Below, one piece after another: positions 9,267 to 19,268 of a stretch of 64,000 nucleotides of DNA. Position 1 is the stretch's first letter, and the number at the start of each line of letters is the position of its first letter. Location: contig OZ242318.1 of NCBI GenBank assembly GCA_965208105.1, forward strand, positions 1,248,001-1,312,000, given 5' to 3'. A model generated the notes under the pieces. It was not told the origin of the DNA, ran no database searches, and worked only from the letters and a program-made list of their open reading frames with translations. The position numbers and the translations under genes were made by a program. Source of the stretch: Candidatus Latescibacterota bacterium. GTDB taxonomy: Bacteria; Latescibacterota; UBA2968; UBA8231.

Positions 9267-9647
9267 ATGAAGACCAACCAGGCCTTTGCCGCCCACATTA
9301 AAGACGCCGACTGGACCACGGGTTTTCGTCCCTACTTCCAGTACCGCGACCTTGGGATCAAGGACGCCACCGAGGGCCGGGTGATGGCCCAGGTAATCCG
9401 GGCTTCCCAGCCCTGTGGCGGCCCCATGGGCTACCACTCCCACGTCCTCGAGTTTCAGATGAACTATCTGCTCAGCGGCTGGGCCCTCCTCTTCTTCGAG
9501 GAGGTGGGCGAGGTCCGCGTGGAGGCCGGCGACGCCTGGTACCAGCCTCCCGGGGTCAAGCACGAGGTGCTGGAGTACTCTGAAGATTTCGAGACCATCG
9601 AGATCACCATGCCGGCCGACTTCCCCACCGTTGCCGAATCCCGCTAG
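9267..9647 (+). CDS. Cupin domain protein
   Basis: HSH..EFQMNY and GDAWYQPPGVKHE cupin motifs. AAAGGA RBS. Confidence 0.85.
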   Translation: MKTNQAFAAHIKDADWTTGFRPYFQYRDLGIKDATEGRVMAQVIRASQPCGGPMGYHSHVLEFQMNYLLSGWALLFFEEVGEVRVEAGDAWYQPPGVKHEVLEYSEDFETIEITMPADFPTVAESR

Positions 9648-9711
9648 TGTTCGCGTTTCTCCGTAACCGGCAGCCGCCCTCGCAATGGTCGGCCGCCGAG
9701 AAAGGGCTTCT

Positions 9712-10590
9712 ATGAAGGTCGGATTCATCGGCCTGGGAAACATGGGCAACCCCATGGCCGCCAATATCCTCGATGCCGGCCACGACCTGTGGGTGTACGA
9801 CCTTCGCCGCGGCGCGGGAAAAAACCTCGAAGCGTCCGGGGCGAGGTGGGCGGAAAGTGCCAGGGAGGCGGCGGCCCGGTCCCAGGTCGTGCTGTCCTCC
9901 CTGCCCGGTCCAAAGGAGGTCGAAGCAGCCGTTCTGGGTGAAGAGGGGATCTTCGCCGGCCTGAAGAAGGGCGGGACCTATATCGATACCAGCACGAATT
10001 CACCGACGGTCATGCGCAGAATCGCCGGAATCGGCGCTTCGAGGGAGCTCGACGTCCTCGACGCCCCGGTGAGCGGAGGTGTGATCGGCGCACAGGAGGG
10101 CACCCTCACCGTTTTCGTCGGCGGCACGAGGAGGAATTTCGAGAGCTTCAGGCCCCTTCTGCAAACCATCGGCGGCAATGTCGCCTACATGGGGCCGGCC
10201 GGCAGCGGCAACGTGACCAAGCTGGTGAACAACATGATGATGTTCATCAGCTTTCTGGGTGTGTGCGAAGGGATGGCCCTCGGCGCCAGGGCCGGAATCG
10301 ATCCGCAGATGCTGTTCGAGGTGATCAGGCCGAGCATGGGAAACAGCAGGATCCTGGAACGCACCATGGGGATGCTCCTGCAGGGCAAGGGGACCTCCTC
10401 CGCCATTCACCTCGCGGTGAAGGACATGGATCTGGGGGTCGAGCTGGGCAGGGAGATCGATGTTCCCCTGGAGGTGGGTCCGCAGGTCAAAACCATCCTC
10501 GCGCGCTTTCTCGACCAGGGGCTCGGGAACGAGGATATCACCGAGATCATCCGCCAGTTCATTCGGCGTTCGGGCATCGAGCTCGGGTGA
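9712..10590 (+). CDS. NAD(P)-dependent oxidoreductase, 3-hydroxyisobutyrate dehydrogenase/tartronate semialdehyde reductase family
   Basis: GFIGLGNMGNPMA, DAPVSGG, catalytic KLVNN, KD motif. Confidence 0.9.
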   Translation: MKVGFIGLGNMGNPMAANILDAGHDLWVYDLRRGAGKNLEASGARWAESAREAAARSQVVLSSLPGPKEVEAAVLGEEGIFAGLKKGGTYIDTSTNSPTVMRRIAGIGASRELDVLDAPVSGGVIGAQEGTLTVFVGGTRRNFESFRPLLQTIGGNVAYMGPAGSGNVTKLVNNMMMFISFLGVCEGMALGARAGIDPQMLFEVIRPSMGNSRILERTMGMLLQGKGTSSAIHLAVKDMDLGVELGREIDVPLEVGPQVKTILARFLDQGLGNEDITEIIRQFIRRSGIELG

Positions 10591-10604
10591 GGGGATGAGC
10601 GCAT

Positions 10605-11375
10605 TTACACCTTGATCTTCCGCTCGGCCAGCCCCGCAACCATGTTTCTCAGGCGCGGGCTCTCGCTGTCGAGAAACGCGGGGTGGGGCTCGAAGGCGGA
10701 TTCGGTGTAACGTTCCAGAGTGCGCAGATGGTCTTCGGTGGTGGGTCTGGCGGCAAATTTCAGGGCGATGTAGCAGCGGCCCTCCTCTCCCCCGAACATG
10801 GCGTGCCAGATGCAGTGGTTGAAGAGAATCACGTCTCCCGGGGTGGATTCGAGGGCGACGCTGGGGATGTCCGCCCCGGCCACGCCGAAAGGCCTGGAAT
10901 CCGGATCGATCTCCTGCGGTCCCAAGGCCTTGTGGAACGGCATCCTGTGCGACCCCGGGATGACGCGCATGCACCCCGTTTGCCTTGTCACCTCGTCGAG
11001 GTAGAGCATCACCTTCAACTGCGGATAGCCCATCCACCTCTCCTCGCCGCGGCGATAGTACTTGCGGTCGGAATGCCACTTCAGCTCGCTGTAGTAGGTG
11101 ACGTTGCCCTCTGATCCGACCCAGACGAAGCGGGGACCCAGCAAGGCTTCGACCCGGCGGTAGATGCGGTCGTCTTCCACCAGCCGGGCCAGCGGCTCAC
11201 TGCGCTCGACGAAGTAGGTCAGCCGGCGGTCCCCGTCCTTCACCGGCGCGGGATCCTCCCGCCATATTTCCTCTGCGGCATCTCTGACCGCCCTGATCTC
11301 GGCTGCCGAGAAAAGCCTGGGAAGAAATAGAAACCCGAAGGTATCGAAGTGCGCAGTCTCTTGCGGCGAGAGCAT
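10605..11375 (-). CDS. Phytanoyl-CoA dioxygenase (PhyH) family Fe(II)/2-oxoglutarate dioxygenase
   Basis: FDTFGFL, WHSD (HxD), GCMRVIPGSH, GDVILF..CIWHA. Confidence 0.85.
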   Translation of the reverse strand: MLSPQETAHFDTFGFLFLPRLFSAAEIRAVRDAAEEIWREDPAPVKDGDRRLTYFVERSEPLARLVEDDRIYRRVEALLGPRFVWVGSEGNVTYYSELKWHSDRKYYRRGEERWMGYPQLKVMLYLDEVTRQTGCMRVIPGSHRMPFHKALGPQEIDPDSRPFGVAGADIPSVALESTPGDVILFNHCIWHAMFGGEEGRCYIALKFAARPTTEDHLRTLERYTESAFEPHPAFLDSESPRLRNMVAGLAERKIKV

Positions 11376-11404
11376 GTTACTCCCTCTGGGGGACCCGGCA
11401 GGGC

Positions 11405-12148
11405 TCATCCTTCATCGTAGCCGGTCAGGGGGCGGTACCAGATGTTGCGGTAGCGCACCGGGTCGTTGTGGTCCTGCAGCTCCAGGGGCCCCACTTCGGG
11501 ATGGGGCTCGTAGGGCACCACCCGCCTGTTGGCCGTCTGCCCGCTCAACTCCCTGTCGTGATGCACCAGCACCCCGTTGTGAAAAACGGTCACCCGCGCA
11601 GGTCGCGCCACCGCCGAACCCTCGAAGCGCGGTCCGAGCCAGACAATGTCGAAGGTCTGCCATTCCCCGGGTTTGCGGCACGCGTTCACCAGGGGAGGGC
11701 ACAGGCCGTAGATCGCCGCGGCGGCGCCGTCGGCATAGGTGGGGTTGTCGTAGCAATCCAGCACCTGAATCTCGTATATCCCCATGAGAAAGACGCCGCT
11801 GTTGCCCCGTCCCTGACTGTCGCCCTTGACCTCGGCCGGGGCGGCCCATTCCAGGTGCAGCTGGCAGTCTCCGAAGTGCTCCCGGGTGCGGATGGACCCG
11901 GTCCCGGCGGCCACTTCCATGTAGCCGTTCTCCACTTTCCACCGCGCCTCACCGTCCGCACCGGCCCAGTTGGATAGGCTGCTGCCGTCGAAGAGAACCA
12001 CCGCGTCGGAGGGGGCCCCTCCTGGAGAATCCGGAGAGCTCTCCGCGCCGGGACTCACTATGCGCGGCTGAGGCCTGTCCGGATCGTTCACCCGGTAGCT
12101 GGAACCCGGGATCAGGGGAAGATCGTCATCGCGGTTTCGCTGCGTCAT
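11405..12148 (-). CDS. DUF1080 domain protein (3-keto-disaccharide hydrolase-like)
   Basis: PSDAVVLFDG, GNSGVF, YEIQVLD, GEWQTFDI, LQDHNDPVRYRNIW. Confidence 0.9.
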   Translation of the reverse strand: MTQRNRDDDLPLIPGSSYRVNDPDRPQPRIVSPGAESSPDSPGGAPSDAVVLFDGSSLSNWAGADGEARWKVENGYMEVAAGTGSIRTREHFGDCQLHLEWAAPAEVKGDSQGRGNSGVFLMGIYEIQVLDCYDNPTYADGAAAAIYGLCPPLVNACRKPGEWQTFDIVWLGPRFEGSAVARPARVTVFHNGVLVHHDRELSGQTANRRVVPYEPHPEVGPLELQDHNDPVRYRNIWYRPLTGYDEG

Positions 12149-12222
12149 TTCACAAGCTCCTGTGTTTGGTCGGAAAAATTATCACACTCCTACTCGATTG
12201 CATTCCATTCTCAGCTGCACTC

Positions 12223-14112
12223 CTACCATCTCCGCGCCACCCATCCGATCAATCCGCCGAAAAAAGCTCGGTGGTACTGTCCCCATCCATCCCAGATGAC
12301 GTAGGCGCTCTCCTCCCCCCAGGCCGAACGGGTCGCCACCGCCGCCACCCTTCCCTTCCCGGCCTCGCTCAAGGCCACGGCCGGATGGTTGTCGGCATCG
12401 TTGAAGCGCAGGGTGACCAGGGCTCCCGGCCGGGCAATGGCCGGGGCCCACTGGGCGATCCCCACCGCCGCGTCGGGATCCAGCATGAGCCGCTCGGAGG
12501 TGTGGTGCGGCGTCCCCCGCTGCAGGCCCAGCTCCGGGTCGGCGCGCTGCAGCCGCCCATCTCCCCGGGCCTGCAGGGGAACCAGGTCGTCCAGGGCCGA
12601 CGCCAGCTTGGCAAAGGGGGCGCAGAGCAGCAGCCCCCCTCCAGCTTCCACCCAGCGGCGCAGCTCGCCCGCGCGCCCAAGGGGCCATGCATCGCCCACC
12701 AGGCAGGCGGCCGCACAGCCGCTCAGAGATTCCGGGATCTGCGGCCCCGACCCGGACCAGTCAGCCTCGAAGCCGCACTGCAGGCTGTGGCTGCACAGGT
12801 GCAGATAGTCGACCTCGCCGTCGACCAGCCCGCGGTCGCTGGCCACGAGGACCCGCGCCTTGCCTCCGTCGAAGGGCAAGCGCGCGGTGGGGCATTGAGC
12901 CTTCAGGGGCACTGTTTCCCGGGCCTGCAGGGCAACCTGGCCGCCGTGCTGAAATGAAGCGGAAACCACGGCAAAATCGCCGGCCTCCGGCAGCGCGGCC
13001 GCTGCCCTGAGGGGCGACCCGGGCGCCGCGGCCCCCTCCTCCTCGATCCCCCGGAAAACCGCCCCCGACTGATCCATGACCCGCACCGACAACACACCCC
13101 GGAGCTGGCCGGCGGCGTGCACCCCGACCCGCGCCAGGCCGTCCTCCCTGTCGATGGTCAAACCGCAATTCTCGGCCGCCTTCACGAAGTTTCTGCCCCC
13201 TTCTCCAAGGGTCACGTCGAATCCCCAGACCGCCCTTTCTCCCGCCGGCACCTCGACCTGACAGATTCCCTGGGGAGTGAACGCGCGCCAGGCGTGCCAG
13301 AAAAGACCCCGGAAGGGCTCGAAGCGCCCCCTCAGCAGATAGAACTCCTCCCCGTCCCCCGGCCCAAGCGCGTACCACCAGCCCTCCTCGTCCAGGTCCC
13401 ACGCGATCCTGCCGGCGACATAGGTGTTGATATCGAGGGTGGCGAATATGGGGCTGGCCTCCTTCAGGACGGTGCGCATGCGCGTATCGCCATAGCTGAC
13501 CCAGGCCCGCTTGGGGGCCATGAACCAGGAGGACCGGGGAGGCGCGCCGCTTTGATGGAAGGAGTGAATGTCCCACTCCGACGAGAAATCCTTTCCGCCC
13601 TGGTTCTCCCATGCAATGTCCAGGGCGAACCAAGCGCTGTCTGCGCGGAAGCGGTAGCGCTTCTCGTAGGAAAAGCTGTATTCACCCAGGTCCCTGCCTT
13701 CCTGCCGGAAAATCACCGCCATCTCCGCTCCGCTGTCCTCCTCGCGCCAGGACCACGGCAGCGGCTCCAGCGAGGTCTCCCCGCCTTCTTCACTGAAAAC
13801 CCCCACCCCCATCTTGAGCTCGCGCTTCCCTCCCTCCCCGGGTTCAAGCGGAAAGTGGGCGAAGAGCTCGTCCGGAAGGCCGAAGGGCCGCACGTCCTCC
13901 GGATCGATCATCTCGGGCATGAAGTACTCCCTGCCCGTGGGCTTGTACACCAGCGACTGCAGCCGCCCGCCCCAGGTGAAGCGGCGGCCATAGAATGCCT
14001 CTCCCACCTTCTCCGGAAAGCGCAGCACCATCCGCAGCCAGGTGTTCTCCACCACGACCTCGCGGTCCCCGTCGCCGTCCACATCTTCGAATTGCACAAC
14101 TACGTCCGTCAA
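12223..14112 (-). CDS. Hypothetical multidomain protein with a C-terminal class I glutamine amidotransferase-like domain
   Basis: Long ORF with host-like codon use. The C-terminus has LRRWVEAGGGLL and GKGRVAA...WDGW motifs of GATase1-like (DUF1355) domains; the N-terminus is a possible galactose-mutarotase-like beta-sandwich. Confidence 0.55.
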   Translation of the reverse strand: MTDVVVQFEDVDGDGDREVVVENTWLRMVLRFPEKVGEAFYGRRFTWGGRLQSLVYKPTGREYFMPEMIDPEDVRPFGLPDELFAHFPLEPGEGGKRELKMGVGVFSEEGGETSLEPLPWSWREEDSGAEMAVIFRQEGRDLGEYSFSYEKRYRFRADSAWFALDIAWENQGGKDFSSEWDIHSFHQSGAPPRSSWFMAPKRAWVSYGDTRMRTVLKEASPIFATLDINTYVAGRIAWDLDEEGWWYALGPGDGEEFYLLRGRFEPFRGLFWHAWRAFTPQGICQVEVPAGERAVWGFDVTLGEGGRNFVKAAENCGLTIDREDGLARVGVHAAGQLRGVLSVRVMDQSGAVFRGIEEEGAAAPGSPLRAAAALPEAGDFAVVSASFQHGGQVALQARETVPLKAQCPTARLPFDGGKARVLVASDRGLVDGEVDYLHLCSHSLQCGFEADWSGSGPQIPESLSGCAAACLVGDAWPLGRAGELRRWVEAGGGLLLCAPFAKLASALDDLVPLQARGDGRLQRADPELGLQRGTPHHTSERLMLDPDAAVGIAQWAPAIARPGALVTLRFNDADNHPAVALSEAGKGRVAAVATRSAWGEESAYVIWDGWGQYHRAFFGGLIGWVARRW

Positions 14113-14151
14113 CAGGCCCCCTCCTCTGCCGGGCGCAACTCCTCCCTCATC

Positions 14152-15141
14152 TCAGCCACCTTCCACCAGATCGGCGATGGATATCTGGCCTCCATTCGCT
14201 TGCGTGGACATCACCACGGCCTCCATCATCGCCACCGTCCACAGGTTGTCCTCTCCGCTGGTGCTGGTCCGGCCTCCGGTCCTGATGGCCTCCGCCAGCT
14301 CGTCGAGGAGGGCAAAGTCTCCAGTGGTGGCATCCAGATTCTCCATGGTCCGCCACTGCATGTCCTCGGGGCTGCCGAACTTCAGCCCGTCGCCGTACTG
14401 CAGCGACCCGCCGCTGCCGTCTATGCGCCAGTGGAACTCGGGCACGTGCGATGCCCAGGCGCCGAAGTAGCTCACCCTGACTCCGTTCTCGAATTCGTAG
14501 GCCGCGCTTACCGACGTCTCTCCACTGAAGTCTCCCCAGGGGGGCAGGAAACTCGCTCCGCTGACCTTCAGCGGCCTGGAGCAGAGGGTGAATCGAATCA
14601 GGTCCAGGTCGTGCACCCCCATTTCCCAAAGGTAGTTGTGGGGCATGTGCTGCTGGTAGGTAGCGGCTCCATAGCGCTTGCGATGGCGCACGAAGACCCC
14701 GTGACCCAACTCCCCCAGGCCGCCCTCGGCGACCCTGCGCTGCATGGTCGCCACCTCGGGAATGAAACGGTAGTTCTGCGCCGCCGATACCACCTTCCCC
14801 GCCTTTTCGCCGGCGTCCACTATCGCCCGGGCTTCCGCCAGGGAAAGGGCGAACGGCTTTTCCACCAGGAGGTGCCATCCCGCATCCAGGGCGGCGAGGC
14901 AGGTTTCCTTCCGGGTCCACGATATGGCCGAGTTTATGGCCACGTCCGCCTTCACTGCGGCGGAGGCCTCCTCAACCGTAGAGAAGACCGGCAGATGGGG
15001 GTACTTCTCCGCTGCGATCTCATGCGCCGCCTCCGCCGGATCCACGATCGCCGCCGCTTCAAACCCCTCCCTGTCCGCCACCTTGTCTATCCAGCCCCGT
15101 CCCCTTCCGCCGGCACCGATGAAAACCACTCTCAAGGTCAT
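14152..15141 (-). CDS. Gfo/Idh/MocA family oxidoreductase
   Basis: FIGAGGRG, LVEKP, QNYRF, EMGVHDLD. Confidence 0.9.
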   Translation of the reverse strand: MTLRVVFIGAGGRGRGWIDKVADREGFEAAAIVDPAEAAHEIAAEKYPHLPVFSTVEEASAAVKADVAINSAISWTRKETCLAALDAGWHLLVEKPFALSLAEARAIVDAGEKAGKVVSAAQNYRFIPEVATMQRRVAEGGLGELGHGVFVRHRKRYGAATYQQHMPHNYLWEMGVHDLDLIRFTLCSRPLKVSGASFLPPWGDFSGETSVSAAYEFENGVRVSYFGAWASHVPEFHWRIDGSGGSLQYGDGLKFGSPEDMQWRTMENLDATTGDFALLDELAEAIRTGGRTSTSGEDNLWTVAMMEAVVMSTQANGGQISIADLVEGG

Positions 15142-15150
15142 TGGCTCTCC

Positions 15151-16008
15151 TCAGTCGAGAAATTGTCGAAAATCGCTGACGATTTTCGCTGCCCCGTCCA
15201 TGATCAGGAAACGTTCGTCCGAGGTCTCGAAGAACGCCGCACCCATGCCGGTCCACCGTTTCGCCGCCTCCATGTTTGCGGCGGTGGTGCCGAAGGGGAT
15301 TCCGTGGCTCTTGCACAGCTGCAGGATTTCCTCCATGGGACCGCGCACGTCCGGATGCTCGGCATTGCCGGGCTGGCCCATCTCCACCGAGAAGTCCCCC
15401 GGCCCCACGTAGACCATGTCCACCCCCGGAGTAGTGACGATCTCCTCCGCCTTTTTGTATCCCGCCCTGGTCTCGATCTGCGCGATGACGGTGGACTCGG
15501 CATCCTGCTCCGCCATCCACTCCCGGCGGTCGCCCGCCCTCATGTAGTCGCTGTTGCCGTAGCCTGAAGCAAGCGCCCTGGTGCCGGCGGGAGGAAACTT
15601 CATGTAGCTCAGCAGGGTCTCCACCTCTTCCCTCGACTCGGTTCGCGGCAGCTGAATACCCACCACGCCGCACTCCATGAGCTTGGCCACCTCCGCCCGC
15701 TCGAGCTGCGGGGTCTTGGCAATGACCGGGAGCCCGCTGTCGCGCCCGGACAGCACCGTGTCCGACAGCGCCGGAGGATCGAAATAGGCGTGTTCGTACT
15801 CGATGAAGACGAAATCGAACCCGGCCTGCTGGTAGAACTTCATGATCGAGGGCCGCACGTACTCGGCGACGACCCCGGCCAGCAGGACCTCGCCGGCCTG
15901 CAGGCGGCCCTTCAGTTGCCTCCCTGGCCCTCCCTCAGGATAGAGATGAGCTGACGGCGCACGTCCGGTCAGTGGTCTTGGCACGGAATTTCCTTTCGTT
16001 GAATCCAC
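15151..16008 (-). CDS. HpcH/HpaI aldolase family protein
   Basis: GFDFVFIEYEH, KFPPAGTR, AQIET, YVGPGDFS. Confidence 0.85.
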   Translation of the reverse strand: MDSTKGNSVPRPLTGRAPSAHLYPEGGPGRQLKGRLQAGEVLLAGVVAEYVRPSIMKFYQQAGFDFVFIEYEHAYFDPPALSDTVLSGRDSGLPVIAKTPQLERAEVAKLMECGVVGIQLPRTESREEVETLLSYMKFPPAGTRALASGYGNSDYMRAGDRREWMAEQDAESTVIAQIETRAGYKKAEEIVTTPGVDMVYVGPGDFSVEMGQPGNAEHPDVRGPMEEILQLCKSHGIPFGTTAANMEAAKRWTGMGAAFFETSDERFLIMDGAAKIVSDFRQFLD

Positions 16009-17604
16009 TCATAGTGAGAATGAAAAGAGCGTGGCCCTGCACATCTCTATGCGCACGGCCAGGGTATCCGAGAGCCTGGCGACATTGTCCTTCCCTCTCC
16101 ACCTCACCACCTCTTCGATGGCGTCCCCCTGCAGCACATCGCAATCCCCGAAGCTGTATCCCGGGATCGCCTGCAGCGACCCCGACAGGTGGGGCTTGGG
16201 GCCCAGGTGGGTAATCAATTCAGCCTTGATCCAGCCACCCGTCTCGGTCCGGTAGTTGAGCTTGAGCTGGCGCGGCGGCTCGTTGGGGTCCAGCAGCGGC
16301 GGGAAGCGGTCATGGGGAGGAGCCTCGATGCAGTCGGGACAGTCCTCCGGGGCCCGGTAGCGGTCCTGCCGCAGGGTGAAGCGCCCGTAGTCGCGCGCCC
16401 GGATTCCGGCCAGTCGGTCCTTCTCCCACAGGGCCTGGCGCAGGGGCAGGCGCAGCCACTCGGCGTCGTGGGGTTGCTTTCGCGCCGTACCCCAGTACAG
16501 GGCGGCGTAGCCTCCACCTGGCATTTCCAGCAACCCGGGAGCGACGTAGAGCATGGCTCCGTGGCCCGGCCCCTCGGAATAGTTGGAGATCAGCGGGGTC
16601 TCCCGGTCGGGCCGGTTCCAGTTGATCCCGTCGTGGCTTACGGCGAGCTGGATGTCCTTGGTCGCCCTGCTTTGCGAATAGAGTGAGAGAAACATCAGGT
16701 GCAGGTCGTCGCGGCCGGGGTACCGGGTGTAGCCGTGGTTGTAGAACGAGGTGTCCGGGGGGTCCTGCGGGTCGGTGAGGACCATGAGCTGTTCGGGGGT
16801 GAAAGTGCGGAAATCGTCGCTTTCCGAGCGCCCGACGCAGCGCCGCCCCGCCACGTGGAAGCGCAGATAGCCCACGTATTTCCCCAGCTTTTCATCGTAG
16901 AACACCACGTTGTCGCCGTCGACGAACTCTTCGAGCAGGGGCTCCTCCAGGTCGGTCCAGTGGAGTCCGTCCGGCGAGACCGCGCCGGAGAGAAAGGCCT
17001 TGAGCTGCCCCCACCTCCCCTTGTAGTTCTCCTTGAGCGACTCCTGCAGCTGGAGAATGTCCTGCCGCGACGGGTTCCGGGGGCCGCCCATCCCGGCCAC
17101 CGCCTCCTCGTCGACGGGCAGCTTCACCAGGTTGCCCTCGCTGTCGCGCTCGCGCAGGTACATGTCCCCCTCCCCACCCACCGCCTTGAAACGCTCGGAC
17201 GGCGGCGCGGCGGGGTCCTCGAACACGCGATAGTAGTCGCCGACGATATTGTTGCGCTTCGACCCCTCGAACTCCACCGCTCCCAGTTCGGGCTTGGTCC
17301 AGTTGAGCCCGTCGTCGCTCTCCGCCCTGCACAATCCTCCCGGCTCGCCGCGGTAGTAGATGACGTAGCGGCCGTCCTTTCGATAAAACGACCCCACCGC
17401 GCCGATCCCGCCGCGCTCCCAGGGGCGGTCGGGAACCAGGATCGGATCCGACTTGGCGGCCGGCTGCACCTCTATCTCTATGCCGAGGGGGGAGTCCCAG
17501 GATTTCGAGGCCCCGTCCTTGAAGCCCATGTAGCCGGCGTGGACGTACCACCAGTCGAGCAGAGGTCCCGATGTGGGGTGTGAATCGCGCGAGCGATTGG
17601 TCAT
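16009..17604 (-). CDS. Uncharacterised Asp-box beta-propeller protein, paralog 3
   Basis: AESDDGLNWTKP, VSPDGLHW, SHDGINWNRP, DPAAPPSERFK and C-terminal IPGYSFGDC..L.GD. Start set at MTNRS after a GGAGGAGG RBS. Confidence 0.7.
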   Translation of the reverse strand: MTNRSRDSHPTSGPLLDWWYVHAGYMGFKDGASKSWDSPLGIEIEVQPAAKSDPILVPDRPWERGGIGAVGSFYRKDGRYVIYYRGEPGGLCRAESDDGLNWTKPELGAVEFEGSKRNNIVGDYYRVFEDPAAPPSERFKAVGGEGDMYLRERDSEGNLVKLPVDEEAVAGMGGPRNPSRQDILQLQESLKENYKGRWGQLKAFLSGAVSPDGLHWTDLEEPLLEEFVDGDNVVFYDEKLGKYVGYLRFHVAGRRCVGRSESDDFRTFTPEQLMVLTDPQDPPDTSFYNHGYTRYPGRDDLHLMFLSLYSQSRATKDIQLAVSHDGINWNRPDRETPLISNYSEGPGHGAMLYVAPGLLEMPGGGYAALYWGTARKQPHDAEWLRLPLRQALWEKDRLAGIRARDYGRFTLRQDRYRAPEDCPDCIEAPPHDRFPPLLDPNEPPRQLKLNYRTETGGWIKAELITHLGPKPHLSGSLQAIPGYSFGDCDVLQGDAIEEVVRWRGKDNVARLSDTLAVRIEMCRATLFSFSL

Positions 17605-17727
17605 TTCGCCTCCCTCCCCGGCGGGCGGTGGAAACGACGGCGGCCGGGAGAAGCATGAGTTTACCACAATAGGATGGGCCGATCAAGAAGGGGTACCGCG
17701 CGCTGGAACATCCCCCGCCGCGCTCCT

Positions 17728-19170
17728 TCACTCGAACCAGTAGGAGTAGAGGCCGGCCCCCTGCAGATCAAACCGCAGCCTGATCTCCCGCCCCCTCAGC
17801 TCCTCCAGGTCGGCCTGCCCCTCCCAGCGAACCTCGGTCCCGACGCGGTCGCCCTCGATGGGCAGGCACTGCGACGTGGAGAAGCCATCCAGAGGTTCCC
17901 TGGCAGCGTCCAGGATCGCCCCCCGCAGCCGGCCCCCGGATGCATCCACGTTGACGAACAGCCGGCGGCCCTGCGGCCGCATCAGCCGGGTGGTGACACT
18001 GCCTTCTTCCTCCCCCGCCTCGAGGGCGACGAACCCGTCGCGGCGCAGCACGGCCAGGCAGACCGCGCCCTGGTCCGCATCCATGTTCTCGGGCTTGGGG
18101 CTCCAGCCGGAATACTTGAGCCCGTTGTAGTAGAACCACAGCTCGTCGCCGCGGACCACTGCATCGGAGGGAGGCTGGCTCTTGGCCAGATCGGATGCTC
18201 CGCTTCCCATGTATGAGGGAAGAAGGAAGGGCTGGCGTCCTCCCACCCGGTGCCAGTAGCGCAAATCGCGGCTGCAGAGCAGGGGGAAAAAGGTGAAGGC
18301 GTACTGGGGCCTGTCGCCTTCATTGCCGGGACCGAAGCGGTGGAAAAGGGCGGGGATGCCGATGTAGAGAGACTCGTAGCGGAAGATCCCCATGTTGTAG
18401 ACGTCCACGTTGTGCCAGTTCCAGCTGGAGTGGGCGCCGGCCTCCTGGTAGAGGGTGGGATTCTTCATGTACCACTCGATGTGGGCGGGAGCCAGCTCCT
18501 GGTCGAGCTCGTCGGTCTCGAAAGTGAGGACAGACTCGCTCCAGTGCTCGAAATCGGTGCTGGTGGCCAGTCCGACGGAGCGCCCGTAGACACCGCTCAG
18601 CTTGGGGGTGGCGATGTAGAGGTGAGCCGCTTCGTCGAACGACATGTTCCACTCGTCCGCCGATACGAACGGCGTGGCCTCGAACGGCTGCCAGGTCAAC
18701 AGGTCCGGCGATGCGGCCGGTAGCAGGCACTTCCCGGTATGATACAGCGACTTGAAGCGCCGCGCAGGGTTCTCTTCCAGGTCGTCGCGAATGAGGACGT
18801 AAAGGGAGGTTTCGCGGTCTGGAAGCCTGGCGCTGAAGATGTTGCTCCCGTCAGGCCCCATCGCCTTGGGAGACCAGTTCAGGCCGTCCTTGCTCTCCCA
18901 GCAGGTGTTTGTGCGGGTCTCGGCGCTGGTATCCACCACGACGTAGCGCAGCAACTCCTCGTCGGGATCCCAGCTGGGGGCGCTGCGGACCTGGTAGACC
19001 GTGTCCCTGCCCAGTGACTGGCAGTCGGGGCGGATCACCGTACCCTTCTTTTCCGGCTGCTTCATGCCCCGCTTCAGATTGCGGATCTCGACGATGTCCT
19101 CGTCATCCAGAAAGAGCTGTCGCTCCCCTGCGGCCGGCTGCAGGGGCCGCGCCCTCGACTCCTCGTTCAC
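17728..19170 (-). CDS. Uncharacterised Asp-box beta-propeller protein, paralog 4
   Basis: RQLFLDD, ESKDGLNW, STDFEHW, SRDLRYW, LRRDGF and C-terminal NVDA..G.L...ILD. GTG start after GGAGG. Confidence 0.7.
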   Translation of the reverse strand: MNEESRARPLQPAAGERQLFLDDEDIVEIRNLKRGMKQPEKKGTVIRPDCQSLGRDTVYQVRSAPSWDPDEELLRYVVVDTSAETRTNTCWESKDGLNWSPKAMGPDGSNIFSARLPDRETSLYVLIRDDLEENPARRFKSLYHTGKCLLPAASPDLLTWQPFEATPFVSADEWNMSFDEAAHLYIATPKLSGVYGRSVGLATSTDFEHWSESVLTFETDELDQELAPAHIEWYMKNPTLYQEAGAHSSWNWHNVDVYNMGIFRYESLYIGIPALFHRFGPGNEGDRPQYAFTFFPLLCSRDLRYWHRVGGRQPFLLPSYMGSGASDLAKSQPPSDAVVRGDELWFYYNGLKYSGWSPKPENMDADQGAVCLAVLRRDGFVALEAGEEEGSVTTRLMRPQGRRLFVNVDASGGRLRGAILDAAREPLDGFSTSQCLPIEGDRVGTEVRWEGQADLEELRGREIRLRFDLQGAGLYSYWFE

Positions 19171-19268
19171 GGGAATCCTCCCTTCAGATTGTGTCCGTCG
19201 GCCCCGTTGGCGCCGGGGCATCGACGGCCCCGCTGCCCGCACAGGCTCCCGAACCGATCCACAATGGC

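Noticed and set aside
13117-15567. 816-aa plus-strand ORF
   Set aside because: Antisense to three coherent minus-strand genes, with composition typical of a shadow ORF.
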